Shown here one piece after another: positions 1-6,674 of a stretch of 12,568 nucleotides of DNA (the stretch's first letter is position 1; the number at the start of each line of letters is the position of its first letter). Source of the stretch: an uncultured archaeon (GTDB lineage Archaea > Asgardarchaeota > Thorarchaeia > Thorarchaeales > Thorarchaeaceae); NCBI GenBank assembly GCA_964458565.1, contig CAYWJO010000068.1, positions 1 through 12,568 on the forward strand. Reading direction: 5' to 3'. A program made the position numbers and the translations under genes. Below the pieces are notes generated by a model. The model was not told the DNA's origin. It made no database searches and saw only the letters and a program-made list of their open reading frames with translations.

Positions 1-2
1 CT

Positions 3-578
3 CCAGCAACAATTGATGACGATTCAAGAGATGATACTGAAGTTGATATCGCATCCCTATTCAGGGGTACAGCAACTGTTGCTTTGGTGGCTCTTCTTGT
101 AAGTGCAATAACCATGTTTGGTGCCATCGTTGCTTTTCTTGTAAGTCGTCCGGGAGGGATAATAGAGAACATCGAAGCAGATGTAGCCATTTTTCTGATA
201 ATGGTTGGAGCTATGATAACCTTATTCTTCTTCTTAGCTGCGATAGGATTCTTCGTACGATTCAATCGGAAGCTCGGACGTTTTGTATTAAGTGATGATT
301 TGGGGACTGTTGATATCAATCGTCCAAGAGTTCGAACCGTAATGATACTCTATGGATTGGCTATTGGCTTGCTCCTTATAATGGGGATGTGGGGTTATTG
401 GCTTGCATACAAATATGTCCTGGCTGATATCCTAAGCACAACGCAATCCATCAGTTTCCTTGCATTCGTAGTTTCTGCTGGTATCTTCATATTGGCTATA
501 CTCATACTGTTAGTCCTGATTGCCCTTGGACGTACAGCTACGACAATGATAAAGAAGGTACTTGCTGTAAAAGAATGA
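3..578 (+). CDS. Multi-pass membrane protein of unknown function, 5'-truncated
   Basis: The frame is open from position 3 (PATIDDDSRDDTEVDIASLFRGTATVALVALL...), so the true start probably lies upstream of the window rather than at TTG 84. About 4 hydrophobic helices; TGA stop at 576-578. Confidence 0.8.
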   Translation, partial: PATIDDDSRDDTEVDIASLFRGTATVALVALLVSAITMFGAIVAFLVSRPGGIIENIEADVAIFLIMVGAMITLFFFLAAIGFFVRFNRKLGRFVLSDDLGTVDINRPRVRTVMILYGLAIGLLLIMGMWGYWLAYKYVLADILSTTQSISFLAFVVSAGIFILAILILLVLIALGRTATTMIKKVLAVKE

Positions 579-595
579 CTCACACAGCGAACACT

Positions 596-604
596 TTAAT
601 TATA
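596..604 (+). promoter_or_regulatory. Candidate archaeal TATA box for the cation exchanger gene
   Basis: TTTAATTAT about 30 nt upstream of ATG 628 with no obvious Shine-Dalgarno site, consistent with a leaderless transcript. Confidence 0.4.
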
Positions 605-627
605 GATACTTTATTTCGCGACCAACG

Positions 628-1812
628 ATGGTGCAATACATGAAGTTGAAGCTCTGGCAGATGGTGTACTTAACAGGGTTGATCATTGTAATCGCACTAT
701 TTCTAATTGGTCTAATTGATTCACACCTCATTCCTCATTCGATACTCGCTTGGATTGAACTCTTTGGTGGAATACTTCTAATAGGAGGAGCTTGCGAAGC
801 CTTCGTGATATCCGTCGAGGGAATTGCTCATAATTTTCAGATGAGTGATTACGTATCTGGTATTTACGCAAGCCTAGCAAGTACAATACCGGAGCTATCT
901 GTCATTGCATTTCTTCTTTTAAATGGAGAATATGAGATGGCTTGGGTTCTTGCCTTAGCTACGATATTTATGAACTCACTAGTATTTGCACTTTACACTC
1001 TCATATTACCGAAGGATGAACAAGGTAACTTTCGTTTGCCTGATGCGATTATGTGGGTGGGTAGCGATCTATTAAGCATGGGTGCTGTGATAAGTCTGGC
1101 AGTGGGACTCTCCATGTTACTAGTTGGTGTCTTTACTGCACCTGGTCATTCTCCGACCGAACCCCTCTTCACCCATCTTCAAGCTGGAGAGCTGTTGATA
1201 TTTGGCGGATGTCTACTAGGTGTTTTTGGAGCTTATCTCTATACCATTACTAAGTACTATGGCAAAGCAGAAGAACCAATCGATCATGATGGTGATGATG
1301 GTGGCGTGCACTATCCACTTTTTAGTAAGCAGAAACTCGGAATCTACTTATTCTTAGCCGCAGTAGGAGCTCTTCTTGGTGGAGAAGCACTTTCTGGATT
1401 TGCATCATTTGCATCTGGGTCTGAGGGTTTGAATCTTTCATTTATACATACTGCACTCCTTCTGGTGATATTCGGAGGTACTCCTGAGTACATCATAGTA
1501 GCAAGCAGCCATCGAAAAGAGGAAATAGAGGTTGCCCTATCAAATGCTTTTGGAGGAATTGTGCAGGTCTTCTTTGTTATTTTCGGATTCACTCTAGTTG
1601 TTAGTGGCATAATTGGAACTATGAATGGGACAATCGATGTTATCCCGATAGACTTGTTCTCAGTGGTCCTCTTGATTTTTGCATTTCCATCCATGTTTAT
1701 GCTTCGAGTCATGATCACCGATGATGCCAAGGTGAACGCACTTGAATCAATTGCTATGATTGCAGTCTTCATTATGATGTTGTACATTCTACTGATGTAT
1801 GGTGGATATTGA
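628..1812 (+). CDS. CaCA-superfamily cation exchanger (Na+/Ca2+ or Ca2+/H+ antiporter)
   Basis: About 11 TM helices in two halves. Alpha-repeat motifs ASLASTIPE and IFGGTPE, plus NAFGGIVQV. Acidic/His central loop EEPIDHDGDDGGVH. Confidence 0.85.
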   Translation: MVQYMKLKLWQMVYLTGLIIVIALFLIGLIDSHLIPHSILAWIELFGGILLIGGACEAFVISVEGIAHNFQMSDYVSGIYASLASTIPELSVIAFLLLNGEYEMAWVLALATIFMNSLVFALYTLILPKDEQGNFRLPDAIMWVGSDLLSMGAVISLAVGLSMLLVGVFTAPGHSPTEPLFTHLQAGELLIFGGCLLGVFGAYLYTITKYYGKAEEPIDHDGDDGGVHYPLFSKQKLGIYLFLAAVGALLGGEALSGFASFASGSEGLNLSFIHTALLLVIFGGTPEYIIVASSHRKEEIEVALSNAFGGIVQVFFVIFGFTLVVSGIIGTMNGTIDVIPIDLFSVVLLIFAFPSMFMLRVMITDDAKVNALESIAMIAVFIMMLYILLMYGGY

Positions 1813-1817
1813 AGGTG

Positions 1818-2048
1818 TCAATATTGGCGAGATTCTTCAAGAATTGATACCTTCACAATACAATCCAATCTAAGGAATTCATCTGGTTCTTCCTTTCTAT
1901 GATGCTGGATGCATACAATATCATCTCCAATATTGGCAATCAGTCCTTCAGCTAGGATAACCATTCCATTCCCGTAGATTCTAACACGTTCGCCTGTTTC
2001 TCCTAGTTTGGTGAGGGTTGCACGTAATGAATGATAATTATCTGACAT
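1818..2048 (-). CDS. Small hypothetical protein, possible Sm/Hfq-like beta-barrel
   Basis: Likely start at ATG 2048 (MSDNYHSL..., 76 aa). Helix followed by GERVRIY..EGLIANIGDDIVCI..EFLRLDCIVKV, which matches an Sm-like strand pattern. Convergent with the exchanger gene, 5 nt gap. Confidence 0.6.
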   Translation of the reverse strand: MSDNYHSLRATLTKLGETGERVRIYGNGMVILAEGLIANIGDDIVCIQHHRKEEPDEFLRLDCIVKVSILEESRQY

Positions 2049-2160
2049 GTCTTTATACAAATACTTCATCAAAGAAAGCCTTTACGATTAGAACTGCTGA
2101 GAAACGATTCGAAGTGATTAGGAAACAATTCACTTTCCTTGCTTATTACTCTGGGATAAA

Positions 2161-2213
2161 TTTCCAAAAACAAGTGGAAAAGCCTCCAGCAGTTAGCAGT
2201 TGCTACTGGAAGC
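2161..2213 (-). terminator. Candidate terminator downstream of kbl
   Basis: Bulged stem-loop (TCCAG 2185-2189/CTGGA 2206-2210; TAGC/GCTA inner stem) just after the kbl stop, followed on the minus strand by TTTT and TTTTT tracts. Confidence 0.4.
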
Positions 2214-2225
2214 ACCGATATTTAA

Positions 2226-3425
2226 TTAGATGATACTAATTCTCTTTCCAATCTTCTCATAGGCACCAAGAGCTATATCTAGGTGCTCTTTTGTTAGGCC
2301 GCTATTCAGTATATTACGAATCCTTGCAGCATCTTTGGCAACCATAGGAAATACAATTGGTAGTGCAAGAATTCCTTCTTCCATCAAACCATTACTCAGC
2401 TCAACTGCCTTTGAGCTCTCTCCTGTCATCGCCGGAACGATTGGTGTTTGACTCTTCCCGGTGTCATATCCCATCTGTTGGAGTCCTTTCACAAAGTACT
2501 CACGATTATCCCAGAGTGTCTTCACATGTTCCTCCTCTGTTTCAAGCACATCAATAGCCGCAATGCAAGCTGCTGCTGTTGCTGGTGGATGTGAAGCACT
2601 CAGAAGCCAGGAACGGCTCTTGTTCAAAGCATAGTTAACCATGTCGCGACTTCCTGAAACATGACCGCCCATCACACCAAACGCCTTGGAGAATGTACCC
2701 ATTTCAAAGTGGACATCGTGATGTGTCAAGTTGAAGTGTGAAACAATGCCACGTCCTCCCTTTCCTAAAACTGCCTCACCGTGAGCATCATCAACGTAAA
2801 TCATTGCTCCATACTCTTTGCCTTGCTTAGCGATTTCATCCAGGGGTGCAATGTCACCATCCATGCTAAAGACACCATCGGTTATGATAAGCATCTTCTC
2901 TGGATTCTTTTTCTCAGCCTCTTTCAAAACCTGTTCAAGTTCTTCCATGTTATTATGGCCATAGACGTATCTTGTTGCTTTTGTGAGTCTAACCCCGTCA
3001 ATAATACTACCGTGATTTAATTCATCTGATATTATAGCATCTTCTTTTCCGACTAGCTGGGGGATGAGTCCTTCATTTGTAGCGAAACCTGCACTATATG
3101 TGAGAGATGCCTCAGCACCTTTAAATTTTGCAAGCCTTCGTTCAAGTTCAAGGTGAAGATCCATTGTTCCTGCAATTGCTCTAACAGAACCAGAACCAGC
3201 ACCGTGCGTTTTGATTGCTTCAATAGCTGCTTCCTTCAGCTTCGGGTGGTTGCTTAAGTTCAGGTAATTATTGCTACACAGCATAATTACTTCTTTACCA
3301 TCTACTTTGGCTTTTGGTGTACTAGGTCCTTGCAGCTCCCTAATTTTCCAATCAAAATTCTGCTGGACTAATTTCTCGTATTCTTCTCGCATCCATCCAG
3401 TCGGGTCTCGTTTCACAATGTTCAC
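2226..3425 (-). CDS. kbl: Glycine C-acetyltransferase (2-amino-3-ketobutyrate CoA ligase), PLP-dependent alpha-oxoamine synthase family
   Basis: Motifs CSNNYL, GSGSVRAIAGT, SDELNHGSIIDG, DGVFSMDGD, DDAHG, GTFSKAFG (PLP lysine) and FPMV..ARIR. The real start may be GTG 3416, which follows an AGGTGA SD. A BioF-like activity cannot be fully excluded. Confidence 0.88.
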   Translation of the reverse strand: MNIVKRDPTGWMREEYEKLVQQNFDWKIRELQGPSTPKAKVDGKEVIMLCSNNYLNLSNHPKLKEAAIEAIKTHGAGSGSVRAIAGTMDLHLELERRLAKFKGAEASLTYSAGFATNEGLIPQLVGKEDAIISDELNHGSIIDGVRLTKATRYVYGHNNMEELEQVLKEAEKKNPEKMLIITDGVFSMDGDIAPLDEIAKQGKEYGAMIYVDDAHGEAVLGKGGRGIVSHFNLTHHDVHFEMGTFSKAFGVMGGHVSGSRDMVNYALNKSRSWLLSASHPPATAAACIAAIDVLETEEEHVKTLWDNREYFVKGLQQMGYDTGKSQTPIVPAMTGESSKAVELSNGLMEEGILALPIVFPMVAKDAARIRNILNSGLTKEHLDIALGAYEKIGKRISII

Positions 3426-3564
3426 CTTGTTTGAAGTTCAGCCTAGCATTGGCCTATACTTAGTGATTACACTAGACGGGGCTCAATTTGTGGTCTATTT
3501 ATACACTTCGTTCTGCCTATATACTTCTGAAAGAAATCTTTGAATTGTGTAGTTTTATGTGATA

Positions 3565-4047
3565 TCACTTCAGGTAGAAATCTACTTTGCAAATTTCTCC
3601 CGTTTTCAAGTCTATAGATTCGAGTTGCGGTTGCTTGCCTGATATTAATCCAAGAGCTCCTCTAACAATCCCACCTACGGGACATGCAGTGTTGCCTTCG
3701 AGGTCATACCCACCAACCTTTCTTGGACAAATCAAGCACTGTTGAACTGTGATATGTGATTTCTCTCCATCAAAATCGATTGTTAAATCCTCAGCTATTC
3801 GGACTTCTTCCAGCAATTTTTCAAGGACCGTCTTCATATCATCTGAGGGTGAAATCACCTTTTGCGCTAGAAGCTCCTTGGCAATTTCCTGTCCCATCCA
3901 AGTTGCGAGAATATCCATTGCACCTTGAGGGTCAAAATTAGGATTTAATATAACATCTCTTGCTTTAACTAGACCTGCACCTAGGCCAATGGCCATCTTG
4001 TTCAGGTAGTTCTTTGATGGGTCTTTTCTTCTGAAGAATCTCATCAT
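3565..4047 (-). CDS. V4R/MetOD1-like protein (V4R-HNOX-Bet3/TRAPP fold), probably Zn-binding
   Basis: Pattern: helix (MGQEIAKEL), strands, QCLICP...ACPVGGIVRGALGLISG...EICKVDF. AGGTGA SD upstream. Basic/aromatic N-terminus MRFFRRK. Confidence 0.7.
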   Translation of the reverse strand: MMRFFRRKDPSKNYLNKMAIGLGAGLVKARDVILNPNFDPQGAMDILATWMGQEIAKELLAQKVISPSDDMKTVLEKLLEEVRIAEDLTIDFDGEKSHITVQQCLICPRKVGGYDLEGNTACPVGGIVRGALGLISGKQPQLESIDLKTGEICKVDFYLK

Positions 4048-4057
4048 TTTTTATCAC

Positions 4058-4561
4058 CTATAATTTTTTAATCAATCCGTCTTGAATGTACTTGTCACAC
4101 ACACTCTCTATTTGCTCTAAATCGATTTTACTTCCAAGCGCCTTCTCAAGATGCGCGATATTCTTTCTTATCGCACTAAGACATATTGTACCTGAGTCGC
4201 ATACTGTTCTAAGAATCGCTTTGTCAAGAACAAAAGTTGATTTCTCCCGCTCCTTCACATCCTCAAACGTGAACATAGCCTGATAACAGGGTTCTCCTAT
4301 AGATTCTGATAGACTCGTCGGCACATTGTCAGCTGCTACTACAGTAGCAGATGTTGTTTCACCCATTTGAAAACTATCAGAATATTCGATTTCTCTGACT
4401 CTCAAATTTTTGTCAATGTAAACAACAATCGCATGTGCCGGTGAACCATGAACCATCATTACTCTCAAAATTCCATCCTTTGCAGCTTCAAGTTCCTGAT
4501 CAGATATCGCAATTTCAACAGGATTATTGCATTTCTTGCAGAACACCTTTACGTCACTCAT
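4058..4561 (-). CDS. Hypothetical protein with an N-terminal CxxC...HxxxxH Zn-binding domain and a C-terminal winged-helix-like domain
   Basis: CKKC-x26-HGSPAH followed by VYIDKNLRVR, a Ser/Thr-rich linker, then LDKAILRTV...LSAIRKNI...IESVCDKYIQDGLIKK. Gaps of 10-12 nt to both neighbours; GGGG SD-like sequence upstream. Confidence 0.7.
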   Translation of the reverse strand: MSDVKVFCKKCNNPVEIAISDQELEAAKDGILRVMMVHGSPAHAIVVYIDKNLRVREIEYSDSFQMGETTSATVVAADNVPTSLSESIGEPCYQAMFTFEDVKEREKSTFVLDKAILRTVCDSGTICLSAIRKNIAHLEKALGSKIDLEQIESVCDKYIQDGLIKKL

Positions 4562-4573
4562 CGAGTCTACCCC

Positions 4574-5104
4574 TTAACCATCTATCAATTTCAGTATTGT
4601 CTGAAGTTTTTCTTGTAATATATCAAAATTTTCCCCTGTCTTAGAACTTACTAGTATATATTCAATACCAAATTCGTCCGCATAAGCCTGTATTTCCTCG
4701 TGATTTATCTCACTATTTATATCCAATTTTGTACCTACTAGTAGCTTTTGTCTATCTGGGATTGCATCAATAAGACCCATCCATTCTTTGAGCTGTATGA
4801 TTGATCTGTACGAGCAAGAATCAAAGACAACGAGAGCTGCTTTGGCTCCAATAATTAGTGAACCCTGAAAGAATCGAAATTGCTTTTGTCCCCCAAAATC
4901 GAACATAGCAACTTTCATACAACCTGTTTCATCATCCTCGACTGTCCATGATTCTACATCAAAACCTACAGTCATTTTCTTGTCAATGAATTGCCCTGTC
5001 ACAATTCTTGCGATGAGAGTGGTTTTCCCAACTCCCCCAGCCCCAACTACAGCTAGCTTATACAATTTCTTACATGGGATAGTATTAGCTATAGATGTGA
5101 CCAC
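4574..5104 (-). CDS. Small Ras-superfamily GTPase (Rab/Roc-like), copy A
   Basis: G1 GAGGVGKT, G2 MTVG, G3 DFGGQ, G4 TKLD, G5 SSK. GTG start preceded by AAGGGTG. No C-terminal prenylation motif. Confidence 0.93.
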   Translation of the reverse strand: MVTSIANTIPCKKLYKLAVVGAGGVGKTTLIARIVTGQFIDKKMTVGFDVESWTVEDDETGCMKVAMFDFGGQKQFRFFQGSLIIGAKAALVVFDSCSYRSIIQLKEWMGLIDAIPDRQKLLVGTKLDINSEINHEEIQAYADEFGIEYILVSSKTGENFDILQEKLQTILKLIDG

Positions 5105-5136
5105 GGATGTGCACCCTTACACAATCGTTCTTTTGG

Positions 5137-5196
5137 TATATATAATGATATATTGTATTAAGTTACAGGCGATCTAAGTTTAGTTACAGTTTGTAA
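5137..5196 (-). promoter_or_regulatory. Candidate promoter of the GTPase A operon, with a TATA box and upstream repeats
   Basis: TTATATATA on the minus strand (5145-5137). AGTTACAG direct repeat at 5161 and 5182; inverted TTACA-N3-TGTAA at 5184-5196. Confidence 0.4.
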
Positions 5197-5224
5197 TTAT
5201 TTTCTATTCGTTTAACTAATAGAA

Positions 5225-5917
5225 TCAAATTGTGTCTAAGTTAAGGAGTTCATAAGCTTCGTCAATCCATCTCTGGACTTTCTCCATTGTGAATACATAA
5301 TCTCCTGGAACCTTAACATACCCCTCAGAGACTGCTGTCTGAATTATACTCATTAGCTCGTTTGCATTGGCATTAGCTAATTTACCTATACTATCAATTG
5401 TAGTCGCAATAACAATAGCCTCTGCATCTTCTTCGGAAATTGATTCCAAACCCGCGAACTTGCCCATGCTAATCCATCTACTTGCACGCTCTGTGTCAAC
5501 ATCACATATCTCAGAAATCTTACTTGGGTCTGACTTCACCAAATCCCGCACTGTATGAATTCCGTGGCTTTTCAATTTGAATCCATATGTATGTCCAATG
5601 CCTTCGATTGTTTCGATTGGCAACTCTTGTAGGATTGCATCTGGTTCCTCAACCTTTACTGTATATTGCTCTTCCTGATCTCGAACTTGTTCAGGCTGAA
5701 TCCTTCTAAGAAGTTCTGGTTTTTCTGTAGGTGTAGTACCCTCCTTTCTTCCGGGACTTGAGAGCGCATAATATACTAGTATGATGGCTAATCCTCCAAG
5801 AATCACTGAAATGTTTGAATCTATGAATAACCAGATTCCAGCCATAATGATGAGTGTGATTGTGAATATGCTGACAATAACCTGAAGGCTTCTGCCCTCT
5901 AAGACATCTGAGCTCAT
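5225..5917 (-). CDS. Membrane-anchored DUF4332-like tandem helix-hairpin-helix protein
   Basis: Two N-terminal TM helices, a charged/Pro linker, then LPIETIEGIG..KLKSHGIHTVRDL, RWISM..LESISEEDAEAI..IDSIGKLANAN and a terminal VQRWIDEA, typical of DUF4332. Confidence 0.8.
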   Translation of the reverse strand: MSSDVLEGRSLQVIVSIFTITLIIMAGIWLFIDSNISVILGGLAIILVYYALSSPGRKEGTTPTEKPELLRRIQPEQVRDQEEQYTVKVEEPDAILQELPIETIEGIGHTYGFKLKSHGIHTVRDLVKSDPSKISEICDVDTERASRWISMGKFAGLESISEEDAEAIVIATTIDSIGKLANANANELMSIIQTAVSEGYVKVPGDYVFTMEKVQRWIDEAYELLNLDTI

Positions 5918-5979
5918 AGTACATCATCTTGATTCAATTTGATATTTTGATGGACTTACTATGTTTTAAGAATAACTCG

Positions 5980-6501
5980 TCAAGTCGACCTAACCATTTC
6001 TTGTAACTTATCTAGAAGCTTGTCGAAATTCTCGCCAGTTTTTGAGCTGATAAGAACATAGTCTACTCCAAGGTCCTTTGCACGCTCACTAATTTCCTCA
6101 TCACAGATTGCTCCTTCAACATCAGCTTTAGTTCCAACAAGTAATCGACGACTTGAGGGTATAGATTCTATCATGCCCAACCATTCCTCTACCTCTAAGA
6201 GAGATCTGAATGATGTGCAATCAAATACGATTAGTGCGAGCCTTGCACCTAGGACAAAAGAGCCTTGGAAAAATCTGAATTGCTTTTGTCCACCCAAATC
6301 AAATAATGCGACTTTGATACACGTGTTATGTCCCGTATCCACAATCCACGATTCAACATCAAATCCAACTGTCATGTTGGTTTCCAGATAATTCCCAGTA
6401 GCTAACCTTGCAATGAGTGTACTTTTACCCGCTCCTCCTGCACCTACAACCGCTAATTTCATGATATTATCGCATGGAGTTCTTGCTGACACATAGTACA
6501 C
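5980..6501 (-). CDS. Small Ras-superfamily GTPase (Rab/Roc-like), copy B
   Basis: G1 GAGGAGKS, G2 MTVG, G3 DLGGQ, G4 TKAD, G5 SSK. The real start may be GTG 6492, which follows an AGGTG SD. Confidence 0.93.
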   Translation of the reverse strand: MYYVSARTPCDNIMKLAVVGAGGAGKSTLIARLATGNYLETNMTVGFDVESWIVDTGHNTCIKVALFDLGGQKQFRFFQGSFVLGARLALIVFDCTSFRSLLEVEEWLGMIESIPSSRRLLVGTKADVEGAICDEEISERAKDLGVDYVLISSKTGENFDKLLDKLQEMVRST

Positions 6502-6597
6502 CTTTCAAGAGCGATATTGCGGCACTCTTGATTCTGCAATCCTTCATTTTAACATTATTATGAGATAATAGGTTCTGTTTCGATATGAATAGAAAAA

Positions 6598-6609
6598 CAT
6601 ATCGATATG
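6598..6609. promoter_or_regulatory. Perfect 12-bp palindrome in the divergent GTPase B/aor intergenic region, candidate operator
   Basis: CATATCGATATG, with an extra CGATATG copy at 6581-6587 and an adjacent TTTTAAA (6613-6619). Confidence 0.4.
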
Positions 6610-6674
6610 CTGTTTTAAAGCACATCGCATAAATAGAACCTGTTGCTATTTTATCCCATTAGGAGTATTGAACA

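Noticed and set aside
3565-4047. Calling this gene a true Bet3/TRAPP orthologue
   Set aside because: The Cys pattern fits generic prokaryotic V4R/MetOD1 domains; only fold-level relatedness can be argued without a search.
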